A stretch of 64,000 nucleotides of DNA. Origin: an uncultured Bacteroidota bacterium. Lineage in GTDB: Bacteria > Bacteroidota > Bacteroidia > Chitinophagales > Chitinophagaceae. Below the pieces are notes generated by a model. The model ran no database searches. It was not told the DNA's origin and worked only from the letters and a program-made list of their open reading frames with translations. Where the stretch lies: contig CALEZD010000079.1 of assembly GCA_937928385.1 (NCBI GenBank), positions 296-64,295 of the forward strand, written 5' to 3'. Within the stretch, counting starts at the first letter, position 1. The number at the start of each line of letters is the position of its first letter. The position numbers were made by a program, and so were the translations under genes. Shown here in pieces: positions 11,018 to 19,380 of this stretch.

Positions 11018-11737
11018 ATGAAACAACTGTTGAAAAGAATACTGAAATCTATACCTATAGACTTTACTAAAAACCAGCAATATGACAGCCAGACCAAAAA
11101 GGTGATAGCTGAAGCGTGCGGTAAAGATAGTTGCTGTATAGACATAGGCGCGCACAAGGGCGAAGTGCTGGATATAATGCTGAAGCGTGCCCCCGGAGGC
11201 ATACATTATGCTTTTGAACCTATTCCGGATATGTACGAAGCGTTGGTTAAAAAATACACCGGGAACACTCATTGCAACATAAATAGCTATGCACTCAGCA
11301 ATCAAAAGGGCACTGCTACTTTCAACTATGTGGTGTCCAATCCATCCTATAGCGGGCTGATAAAACGTAAATACGACAGGCCTAATGAACAGGATACTAC
11401 AATTGAAGTACAGACCGAACTGCTGGACGATATACTGCCTGCAGGCTACAAGCCTGATTTGATAAAAATAGATGTGGAAGGCGGGGAACTGCTGGTGCTG
11501 GAAGGGGCTGTAAATACTTTAAAAACACACAAGCCGGTTGTTATATTCGAACACGGCCTGGGTGCGTCCGACTTTTATGGTTCCACCCCTGAGAAAGTGT
11601 ATGAGCTTTTTGCCTCCTGCACCATGCGTGTATCCACCATGCAACGCTGGCTGAATAACCGCCCGTCACTGCGCAAAGAAGAATTTGCAGCACATTATTA
11701 CCAAAAGAAGGATTATTATTTTATCGCCTATCCCTGA
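11018..11737 (+). CDS. FkbM-family SAM-dependent methyltransferase
   Basis: 239-aa ORF with IDIGAHKGE (SAM motif I), FEP, and LIKIDVEGGELLVLEGA, characteristic of FkbM-family methyltransferases. Confidence 0.75.
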   Translation: MKQLLKRILKSIPIDFTKNQQYDSQTKKVIAEACGKDSCCIDIGAHKGEVLDIMLKRAPGGIHYAFEPIPDMYEALVKKYTGNTHCNINSYALSNQKGTATFNYVVSNPSYSGLIKRKYDRPNEQDTTIEVQTELLDDILPAGYKPDLIKIDVEGGELLVLEGAVNTLKTHKPVVIFEHGLGASDFYGSTPEKVYELFASCTMRVSTMQRWLNNRPSLRKEEFAAHYYQKKDYYFIAYP

Positions 11738-11804
11738 TATTTACTGCGAACCAGGCTGGCCAGCAGCCGCAGTTGCCTCTGTAGTGAGGAAATATTGCAA
11801 CCAC

Positions 11805-11844
11805 CAAAAAAAAGCAGCCCCTGCTTGTGGCTGGGACTGCTTTA
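11805..11844. terminator. Possible bidirectional terminator
   Basis: An A8 run precedes GCAGCCCC (11814-11821), which pairs with GGGACTGC (11833-11840) with one mismatch, followed by TTTA. It sits between convergent FkbM and NifU genes. Confidence 0.45.
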
Positions 11845-11862
11845 TACTAACCACTAAAAATA

Positions 11863-12453
11863 TTATTCTGATTCGGCTACTACTTCTTTCACCTCGGGTA
11901 TCATGCGTTTCATCATGCCTTCAATGCCAGCTTTCAGCGTAATCATAGAAGAAGGGCAGCCTGAGCAAGAGCCCTGCATCATGAGTTTCACCACACCGGC
12001 GTCGTAGCCCTTGAAGCTGATAGCACCGCCATCCATTTCCACGGCAGGTTTTACGTAGTTTTCCAGCAGTTCTTTGATGCGCTTCACCACATCGGTATCA
12101 TCTTCATTTATCGTATTGCTTTCTTCTTTTTTCACCACCTGGTCTTCGTTCAACACCACTTTGCCCTCTTCCAGGTATTGCTTCAAAAACTCGCGTACAG
12201 ACGGAATGACTTCTTCCCACTGAGTATCGGGTGTTTTGGTCAACGTTACAAAGTTGCTGGCTATAAACACACCGCGTATAAAAGGAAATGCAAATAATTC
12301 TTTAGCCAGGGGCGAAGGTGCCGCACTGGTCTCATCAGGAAAGTCGATGCTTTTGCCTGGATACAACAGCTTGTTGGCTACAAACTTCATTGTCTCCGGG
12401 TTAGGAGTCATTTCCGTATAAATGCTCACGATGGTATTTCCTGTTTTCAACAT
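11863..12453 (-). CDS. NifU/Nfu-type Fe-S cluster assembly protein
   Basis: 196-aa ORF. It has an N-terminal Nfu_N-like domain (TPNPETMKF) and a C-terminal NifU domain with CxxC (GSCSGCPSS). Confidence 0.85.
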   Translation of the reverse strand: MLKTGNTIVSIYTEMTPNPETMKFVANKLLYPGKSIDFPDETSAAPSPLAKELFAFPFIRGVFIASNFVTLTKTPDTQWEEVIPSVREFLKQYLEEGKVVLNEDQVVKKEESNTINEDDTDVVKRIKELLENYVKPAVEMDGGAISFKGYDAGVVKLMMQGSCSGCPSSMITLKAGIEGMMKRMIPEVKEVVAESE

Positions 12454-12565
12454 TATTCAATCAGTTTTGTTAGCAAAAATAGACAATTAACCGCCCACCA
12501 CCAATCAAAAGCCCATATACGGCTATAATACAAATGCATTATTCAGAGATAAAAATTTACATGTT

Positions 12566-12760
12566 ATGAAAAATTCAATATTGATTTTCAGCTTAGCTAT
12601 TATTTGTTGTGGTACAAGTTCCTGTTCTTCAACCAGGGATACGAAAAAGGCTGACCCCAGGGCTCAGAGGTATATACCGGAAAGGCATAAAAACCAGGAT
12701 GAAGACGCTAACGCACCGGGACACCAGAAAGATGAAGTAAGGGAGGAGCATGCAAAGTAG
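12566..12760 (+). CDS. Small charged lipoprotein (hypothetical)
   Basis: 64-aa ORF with lipobox-like IICCGTSSC followed by a highly charged, low-complexity tail. Confidence 0.4.
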   Translation: MKNSILIFSLAIICCGTSSCSSTRDTKKADPRAQRYIPERHKNQDEDANAPGHQKDEVREEHAK

Positions 12761-12877
12761 GGCTTTAACATAGTTTTTTAAAACTATTAGCCTTATGCTG
12801 TGTTGTATCAAGTGTAAAGTTCTTAAAACGTAAGCAAGGGCAATAAGAACATATTGTTAACCAAAAATTGATAAGTT

Positions 12878-13489
12878 ATGAGAACGAAAATAGTAATGCT
12901 GGCACTGGGCCTGGGATTTTTACTGCCTGGTGCATACGCACAGAAAAGTAAATACGACATTAATTACCCTGTATGTAAAGCGGGTGGTGATTATGTAGTA
13001 TGTGATAAAGATGATGCAATGCGTAGCGCACAGCATTTGTCTTCAGGCAGGAATGTTCCTGCAAAGGGATATACAGAGCCTGACTGCAAAACTACCGTAG
13101 TGTATGTGAACAAGAGCAACCAGGCAAACGAAGCCCTGACAGTTACCTACGAAATGCCTAATGACGAGCATGCCATATTGGAACCCGAATGTACGGCAGC
13201 GTTGGCGTACCCTACCAGCACTACACAATATGGTAAGAACCCCAAAGTGTGTGACAATACGGTGGTGTGTCTGAAACATCAGAAAAAAGACATCAAGCCC
13301 GTAGCCGTGGTAAGTGCTAAGAAGAATCCCCGCATTACCGCTACTTACGACATGCCCGGCGATTTATATGCCGGTGAGGAAGTAATGTCTAACGATGGGG
13401 TAGAAAAAAACAGAAAACGTAATATTAATTACCTGGATTTTGGCCCTTCAAAGGTGCCTAATGATGGGGGCTTAGCTACCAGGTACTAA
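12878..13489 (+). CDS. Secreted Cys-containing protein with internal duplication (hypothetical)
   Basis: 203-aa ORF with signal peptide MLALGLGFLLPGAYAQ. Two modules each carry a C-x(n)-VVC motif and a TY(E/D)MP(N/G)D motif. A strong terminator follows. Confidence 0.6.
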   Translation: MRTKIVMLALGLGFLLPGAYAQKSKYDINYPVCKAGGDYVVCDKDDAMRSAQHLSSGRNVPAKGYTEPDCKTTVVYVNKSNQANEALTVTYEMPNDEHAILEPECTAALAYPTSTTQYGKNPKVCDNTVVCLKHQKKDIKPVAVVSAKKNPRITATYDMPGDLYAGEEVMSNDGVEKNRKRNINYLDFGPSKVPNDGGLATRY

Positions 13490-13513
13490 CAAGTGCCGTG
13501 TAGGCCAAGCAGG

Positions 13514-13542
13514 AAAAGTGCCGCTATTATAGCGGCACTTTT
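13514..13542 (+). terminator. Rho-independent terminator
   Basis: AAAAGTGCCGCT (13514-13525) and AGCGGCACTTTT (13531-13542) form a perfect 12-bp stem with a 5-nt loop, followed by a T-rich tail. Confidence 0.8.
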
Positions 13543-13597
13543 ATTATTACGGCAACATAGCCCCCCGTTTAATTGTTAAATAGGTAGTAACAGAAAG

Positions 13598-14536
13598 ATG
13601 AGCGCACTGAAATATTATTGGCGTATGCTGAAGGAAACAGCAAATGAGTTTGTAGATGACAACGTTACCAAGCTCAGCGCATCTCTTGCATATTATACGG
13701 CGTTTTCATTAGGCCCCTTGCTGCTGGTTGTTATTTCCGTCACGGGGCTTTTCTTCGAAACAAACGATGTGATGTGGAGTGTGTATTGGCAAATGGAGGA
13801 CCTGGTAGGAAAATCCAGCGCCGATCAGTTGTTTACTATCATTCAGCAACTGCGCGACCAGAACGCAAAGACATTCAGCATCATTGGCATAGGTATATTG
13901 ATATTCGGCGCTACTACCGTATTTGCAGATATACAGGATTCCATCAACTATATATGGTCTATTAAAGCAAAGCCACAACGTGGCTGGCTGAAATATCTTC
14001 AAAACAGGCTTTTGTCCTTCTCGCTGGTGCTGGGCATTGCCTTCCTGCTCATCGTATCATTGTTCGTCAGCTCGCTTACCGATATATTGTCCAAAAGCTT
14101 GTTTCGCACTTTGCAAGACGACTTGGTGGTACTCATTCAAATATTCAACCTGCTGTTTAATTTTGTTATTATTACACTGTTGTTCGCCTCTATATACAAA
14201 TTCTTACCCGATGCCATTATCAGGTGGAAGGATGCACTACGCGGGGCATTTTTTACGGGACTGTTATTTATGCTGGGCAAATACCTCATCGGCCTGTACA
14301 TATCATCGTCTGAAATGGACAATACCTACGGAGCGGCTGCATCTATTATTATCATTTTGTCCTGGGTATACTATACGGCTATCATTTTGTACTTCGGAGC
14401 GGAGTTTACAAAAGTATATGCCATGAGGGCGGGGGGCAAAATACAACTGAAGGGCAGTGCTGTGTTTATAGTAAAAAATGAATCGGAACTACTGCCTAAA
14501 GACGAAGCGGCAAACCTGGAAAAACTAAAGAAATAA
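13598..14536 (+). CDS. YihY/BrkB-family membrane protein
   Basis: 312-aa ORF with about 6 TM helices and the N-terminal signature LSASLAYYTAFSLGPLLLV typical of the YihY/virulence factor BrkB family. Confidence 0.8.
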   Translation: MSALKYYWRMLKETANEFVDDNVTKLSASLAYYTAFSLGPLLLVVISVTGLFFETNDVMWSVYWQMEDLVGKSSADQLFTIIQQLRDQNAKTFSIIGIGILIFGATTVFADIQDSINYIWSIKAKPQRGWLKYLQNRLLSFSLVLGIAFLLIVSLFVSSLTDILSKSLFRTLQDDLVVLIQIFNLLFNFVIITLLFASIYKFLPDAIIRWKDALRGAFFTGLLFMLGKYLIGLYISSSEMDNTYGAAASIIIILSWVYYTAIILYFGAEFTKVYAMRAGGKIQLKGSAVFIVKNESELLPKDEAANLEKLKK

Positions 14537-14543
14537 TAAAGCG

Positions 14544-15983
14544 CTACTTCGTCATCAGGGCTCTAACCGATGCCAGCGATACAAACCTGAACAGGAATAT
14601 CAGCACCAACCCAAATAACGCATACAGCAGCATGGCATACAGCCAGTTAATCTGCAATAGTGTACAGGAATAACCCGCAGCACCCAACAGCAGCACATAA
14701 CCTATATGCGCAGCTACCAGCTTTATCCCCTTATCCAGTTGCAACTTCTTGCCTGAGAAAAATATATACATAAAGGCCAGGGTAGTTTGTGTAATGAAAG
14801 CCACCTGCGCCGCACCCAGGGCCTGTCGCTCAGGTATCAGCCACAGGTTCAGCGATAGGTTGATAACTACACCTGCTATGGCTACTTTGTTCAATAAAAT
14901 AAGATTGCCATTGGCGGTGAGCAGGGTAGAGTAGATGTACATGATGCAATAGGCCGGAAAACAAGCCATCAGCCATGCGAATACCTGTCCGCTGTATACA
15001 TTCATATCTGTGTAGAGCCATTGCATAATATCGGTGCCGAAGAACACTGCTGCGCCTGTAGCTATAAAAGCAAGAGGCAGCAAGATGTTAACAGATAACC
15101 TGACGATGGGTTGAATGTCCTGTTTTTGCGATAGCAGCCGCCCGAACATGGGCAATAGCATGCCAGAAAACAAAATGCCGAACATATTGCCTACATCCAG
15201 CAGGCGATAGCCGGCAGCATATATTCCCGCAAAGTTTTTACTATCCGGCCCGCTGATGCGCTCTATCAGTATCGTATCGGCCCGCGTATGTACTGCCATC
15301 AGGAACACAAGCGTGGCGTAGGGAATGCTTTTCCTGATGATAGCGCCCACCTGCTTTATGTTGAGCGACGGGGTGAAGGACACCGAAGCCATCCGGCGCA
15401 TGATGTACAATGCCAGTACTATAGCCACCGCATAACAGGCTATCTGCGCCAGTATAAACCATTCAATCTTAAACTCCGGCATTCCGGGCCAAAACAGCAG
15501 CACACTGCACAAGGCTATCATCAGCAACCTGTCTGTGACAGACAGAAGGGCATCGAGCCTGAACTTGTGCAGGGCCGATACATTGCTGCGCAGGAAGAGC
15601 ATCAGAGAGTTGAGCGACTGTATGGCGATAATACCCCCCAGCAGCAGCATTTCCGCATTAGTAAAGCCAATGGCCCACCCGGCCACAAATACTACCACTG
15701 CATAAGCCACCACCAGCACCAGCCTGGCCGACAGCATTGCAGGAAACAAACTGCGCAACTTGCCCGGAGAGCCCGATATAATATGTGTATTATAATATGT
15801 AAGCCCAAAATCGAGGATAATATTGAATATCAGCCCCAGGTTGACCAATGCCTGGTAGGTACCATAACCTGCATGGCCCACCCTATTCTGCACCGTCCTG
15901 TCTATGAGGAACACCCACAGGGGCTTCACCAGCAGGTTGACGGCTATTACAAACAAGAGGTTTTTTACAAAAAATCGGCGCAT
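14544..15983 (-). CDS. MOP-superfamily oligosaccharide flippase (Wzx-like)
   Basis: 479-aa polytopic membrane ORF with about 12-14 hydrophobic segments. Its layout matches polysaccharide-biosynthesis (Polysacc_synt) proteins. It is divergent from a GT4 gene. Confidence 0.75.
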   Translation of the reverse strand: MRRFFVKNLLFVIAVNLLVKPLWVFLIDRTVQNRVGHAGYGTYQALVNLGLIFNIILDFGLTYYNTHIISGSPGKLRSLFPAMLSARLVLVVAYAVVVFVAGWAIGFTNAEMLLLGGIIAIQSLNSLMLFLRSNVSALHKFRLDALLSVTDRLLMIALCSVLLFWPGMPEFKIEWFILAQIACYAVAIVLALYIMRRMASVSFTPSLNIKQVGAIIRKSIPYATLVFLMAVHTRADTILIERISGPDSKNFAGIYAAGYRLLDVGNMFGILFSGMLLPMFGRLLSQKQDIQPIVRLSVNILLPLAFIATGAAVFFGTDIMQWLYTDMNVYSGQVFAWLMACFPAYCIMYIYSTLLTANGNLILLNKVAIAGVVINLSLNLWLIPERQALGAAQVAFITQTTLAFMYIFFSGKKLQLDKGIKLVAAHIGYVLLLGAAGYSCTLLQINWLYAMLLYALFGLVLIFLFRFVSLASVRALMTK

Positions 15984-16038
15984 CCGGCTATTATTGGTTG
16001 GCTGTGTTGGGTAAAATTATATTTTTGTCGCCATTACT

Positions 16039-17163
16039 ATGCGTATAGGTGTTAATACCAGGCTTTTATTGAAAGGAAAGTTGGAAGGAATAGGATGGTT
16101 TACCTACCAGACATTAGAAAGGATGGTACATCAGCATCCTGAGCACGACTTTTTCTTTTTTTTCGACCGCCCCTACGATGAATCCTTTGTGTTTTCATCT
16201 AACGTGACCCCTATAGTAATACCCCCGCAGGCAAGACACCCTGTATTGTTCACGCTTTGGTTCGACTGGACACTGCCTTATGTACTGAGGAAGTATAAAA
16301 TAGACGTATTCCTGTCGCCCGACGGATATTGCTCGCTACGCACACAAGTGCCCACCTGCCTGGTTATTCACGACCTGGCTTTTGAGCATTACCCCGAACA
16401 TTTCAAGCTGAGCCACAAATACTACTGGAAGTTTTTCCAGCCCCGCTTTGCGCGCAAAGCCAAGCGCATAGTTACGGTATCCGAATATTCCAAGCTGGAT
16501 ATCATCAGCCACTATGGCATAGATGCCGCCAAAATAGATGTGGCCTGCAACGGTGCGCACGAAGCATACCGCCCCCTGCGCTGGGATGAGAAAGAAGCCG
16601 TGAAAAAGAAGTATGCCGATGGCTGCGAATATTTTGTATTTGCCGGCGCGCTGCACCCTCGCAAGAATATCGTGAACCTGCTGAAGGCTTTTGTGGCCTT
16701 TAAGAAAATGCAGCGTAGCGATATGAAGCTGGTGATAGTAGGCCGCCTGGCGTGGAAGTATGACGAGGTGCTGGAAATGAAAGAGAACATGCCCTATAAA
16801 GATGATGTGAAATGGGTGGGTTATATGAACGTGGATGAGCTGAGCCAGGTAACCGGTGGCGCGTATGCTATGGTGTACCCTTCCTACTTCGAGGGCTTTG
16901 GCATACCCATACTCGAGGCGCTGAAGTGTGACGTGCCTGCCATCGTCGGCCATACATCATCTATGCCCGAGGTAGCGGGAGAGGCCGGACTGCTGGTGGA
17001 CCCCACAAACGTGGATGATATAGCCGCAAAAATGGAGCAGCTCTATAAAGACGAGAACCTCCGTGCCAAACTGATAGCTGCTGCCCCTGCACAGGTAAAA
17101 AAATTCACCTGGGAAAAAGCCGCTGATGTGCTTTGGGATAATATTGTAAGGTGTTTGAAGTGA
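16039..17163 (+). CDS. Glycosyltransferase family 4
   Basis: 374-aa ORF with a C-terminal GT-B motif YPSYFEGFGIPILEALKCDVPAIVGHTSSMPEVAG (E-x7-E). Confidence 0.85.
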   Translation: MRIGVNTRLLLKGKLEGIGWFTYQTLERMVHQHPEHDFFFFFDRPYDESFVFSSNVTPIVIPPQARHPVLFTLWFDWTLPYVLRKYKIDVFLSPDGYCSLRTQVPTCLVIHDLAFEHYPEHFKLSHKYYWKFFQPRFARKAKRIVTVSEYSKLDIISHYGIDAAKIDVACNGAHEAYRPLRWDEKEAVKKKYADGCEYFVFAGALHPRKNIVNLLKAFVAFKKMQRSDMKLVIVGRLAWKYDEVLEMKENMPYKDDVKWVGYMNVDELSQVTGGAYAMVYPSYFEGFGIPILEALKCDVPAIVGHTSSMPEVAGEAGLLVDPTNVDDIAAKMEQLYKDENLRAKLIAAAPAQVKKFTWEKAADVLWDNIVRCLK

Positions 17164-17216
17164 TAAACCGCTTTTAGCTCATTTTTTTCAGGTAGGTTAA
17201 GGGAGTCCCGTACTAG

Positions 17217-17954
17217 TTAATCATCTAATCGTTTCCAATCTCTGTCAAATAAAATTTTCAATTCGTTCTTGAAGTCGAAGGAAAGAATTTCTTTTGGTTC
17301 GGATTCTTTGTCTACTATTATTTCGAAAGCCATTATCTCATCTTTGTCATCAAACGTTTTATTATTATCGCTGTCTTTTTGGGCGGTCAATATTACCTTA
17401 TCGAGTGATTTTATGTATTGCCAATTCCGCAAGTTGTAACCGCCAGGCGAAATTTGTCTGAAGTGGTTTCCTTCCTTATCGGAAATGAAAAGATATACCG
17501 GGTCTTGTTGTGTTAGCTTTTTGTCTCTATCATAGTCGTCTATGGTTGCTGTGTAAAATATATAATTGACCTTGAGCTCTGTATGCAATCTATAGTCGTC
17601 ACCGTATTTCAGATGGTGCTCTCTGATTAATATCTTCTTATCAGTTAACAGGTGATATTCATTGGTTTTGCCGTTAAAGAAAATAATATTCCAGTAACTG
17701 TTATACGGAATTTCCTTGTAAGACGACCTGTCCGAGTATTTTGCCGACTCCCCCGTTGTGAGCGGAAGCATAAGAATTCCTGAACTGTCGATTTCTGTAA
17801 AATTGCTGATTTGAAGATTTATTCTATTCTTTGGGTCATTCAGAATTGTGGTTGAGTCAGTTGTATTGCCGGCTGTTTCCGCGCCGGTTGGTTTATTTTG
17901 CTGACAGGAAACTAAGAATGAAAACAGCGGTAGTATAAGCAAGTACTTTTTCAA
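17217..17954 (-). CDS. Lipoprotein (hypothetical)
   Basis: 245-aa ORF with lipobox LFSFLVSCQQ. I recognised no family. It is the last gene of the Hpt operon. Confidence 0.6.
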   Translation of the reverse strand: MKKYLLILPLFSFLVSCQQNKPTGAETAGNTTDSTTILNDPKNRINLQISNFTEIDSSGILMLPLTTGESAKYSDRSSYKEIPYNSYWNIIFFNGKTNEYHLLTDKKILIREHHLKYGDDYRLHTELKVNYIFYTATIDDYDRDKKLTQQDPVYLFISDKEGNHFRQISPGGYNLRNWQYIKSLDKVILTAQKDSDNNKTFDDKDEIMAFEIIVDKESEPKEILSFDFKNELKILFDRDWKRLDD

Positions 17955-17982
17955 ATGTCCTCCTTAATTTTAAGATAATAAT

Positions 17983-18360
17983 CTATTTACCCTCTTTTTC
18001 CAGGTTATCTATTGCTTCACGCATAGACTCCATGTCACCCATGTTTTCCCAGCCTATCATGCTTCCGATGTATATAAAATATGCCACACATAGCAAGGAG
18101 AATACTAAACCTATAATCGCACATATACGGCCGGCATTCAGGTTGTTAAAAGATGCTTTGGTGTACATATAAGGGTTGGTTTTGTACAGTTTTATATCCT
18201 TAGCTGCCAACACTAATGCTATTATGGCCAGAATAGCACCTATCCCCCAACAGCAGCAGGTAATAATGCCTATAATACCTAATACCAATACAGCAGTAGC
18301 ATTGGGTAGCGCTACCTGGGGCTGGTTAATATCCTGCTGTGGTTGGGTATAGTCTGTCAT
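17983..18360 (-). CDS. CCC-motif small membrane protein
   Basis: 125-aa ORF with two TM helices. The first contains IIGIITCCCWGIGAIL, as in the Bacteroidota CCC-motif/DUF4190-like membrane proteins. Its start overlaps the upstream stop by 4 nt. Confidence 0.6.
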   Translation of the reverse strand: MTDYTQPQQDINQPQVALPNATAVLVLGIIGIITCCCWGIGAILAIIALVLAAKDIKLYKTNPYMYTKASFNNLNAGRICAIIGLVFSLLCVAYFIYIGSMIGWENMGDMESMREAIDNLEKEGK

Positions 18361-18677
18361 ATCAGTTGATGGTTTAGAATTTTATAAAAATAGTTAACCG
18401 CCATTACAGCTACTGTAATTATAAACAATATTTTTAGAATATAAGCGCCATGTTTAAAGCTGAATGTCAAATGAAGCAGCAGGAATATCAGTGTAACTAA
18501 TACAAACAGTGTAGGCGGATATAAATTCCAGGATGATGCGATATCCCCCTTAATTAACGCCAGCAAAGAGCGTTGCAACCCACAACCGGGGCAGTCCAGG
18601 TAAAAGAATTTTTTTGACGGGCAGGTGAGTAAATATTGTTCAACCCCACTGATATTTGCAACTGATATTAGCATCAT
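18357..18677 (-). CDS. DUF2752-like membrane protein
   Basis: 106-aa ORF with N-terminal CPSKKFFYLDCPGCGLQRS (a C-x-x-C pair) followed by TM helices, the hallmark of DUF2752. Confidence 0.65.
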   Translation of the reverse strand: MMLISVANISGVEQYLLTCPSKKFFYLDCPGCGLQRSLLALIKGDIASSWNLYPPTLFVLVTLIFLLLHLTFSFKHGAYILKILFIITVAVMAVNYFYKILNHQLI

Positions 18678-19057
18678 GACGCGGCTTTGTTCTTTTCGTA
18701 TTCGGCCATCAGCAAGGGGCGTGCCTGCAGGTAGGTAGCTGATATATGCCCGGACAGTTCAGCAATTTCATCTTTACCTGCTGTAGTTCTGGCTTCAGCT
18801 ATATCCCTGCCCAAGGTTTCTATTTTCAGTAGCCCCTCGTACATATCCTTTACCTTTACAATACCCGCACTGGATTTTAAAGCATGAGCCTGCTTGTATA
18901 TAGCATCGTAATCAATAGCCTCTTCTGTTAACTGCTGCAAATTGCTTAAGCCATTATCTACAGTATTCAGAAATATTTCCAATAACTCATATTTGTATTT
19001 AGGGTCGCCACCTGATAATTCTTCTAACAAACTAAAATCTACTAATTGCTCCTTCAT
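18674..19057 (-). CDS. Stand-alone Hpt (histidine phosphotransfer) domain protein
   Basis: 127-aa four-helix-bundle-like ORF with the phospho-accepting motif QAHALKSSAG. Confidence 0.75.
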   Translation of the reverse strand: MKEQLVDFSLLEELSGGDPKYKYELLEIFLNTVDNGLSNLQQLTEEAIDYDAIYKQAHALKSSAGIVKVKDMYEGLLKIETLGRDIAEARTTAGKDEIAELSGHISATYLQARPLLMAEYEKNKAAS

Positions 19058-19273
19058 ATTATAAAATGATTAATATTATTGAAAATAACGCCGATACTAA
19101 CAAAAATATAAAAGATGGCACGGTATTTTCTGTGTATCAATAAATTATTAAGGAATAAAAAATTACATAATATAAATATACGTTTGTTGTTGATATGCAT
19201 TCAATTGCAATTCTTGCATGAATGAAAACATCAAATAAATAACAAAAGATGCAATAAAACATTTAGTATTTGT

Positions 19274-19281
19274 TAGATTTG
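19274..19281 (+). promoter_or_regulatory. Candidate Bacteroidota -7 promoter box (TAnnTTTG)
   Basis: TAGATTTG lies about 100 nt upstream of the capD-like ATG, in an AT-rich divergent intergenic region. I saw no clear -33 TTTG. Confidence 0.3.
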
Positions 19282-19380
19282 CGTTGGAAAACAGAGAGAT
19301 AGAAACCGGATTATATGGTATTTGTAGCTGTATATAAATAGTTGTTACAGCAATAGATATCGCTAGATTAAACAAAAAAC

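Noticed and set aside
15288-16055. 255-aa plus-strand ORF antisense to the flippase gene
   Set aside because: It is His/Gln/Arg/Tyr-rich and low-complexity, lies entirely within a convincing polytopic membrane CDS on the other strand, and matches no motif.
16150-16163. T5-C-T8 tract in GT4 gene 16039-17163 (encodes FFFFF). Other 8-nt coding homopolymers lie at 39084-39091, 42622-42629, 24454-24461 and 61999-62006.
   Set aside because: Eight-nt A/T runs from Lys/Phe codons are expected by chance in an AT-leaning genome. They are too short to argue for phase variation without population data.
19163-19375. 70-aa minus-strand ORF in the AT-rich region between the Hpt operon and the capD-like gene
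   Set aside because: The sequence is low-complexity and AT-driven (Ile/Phe/Asn/Tyr-rich) in a divergent promoter region, with no coupling to neighbouring genes.
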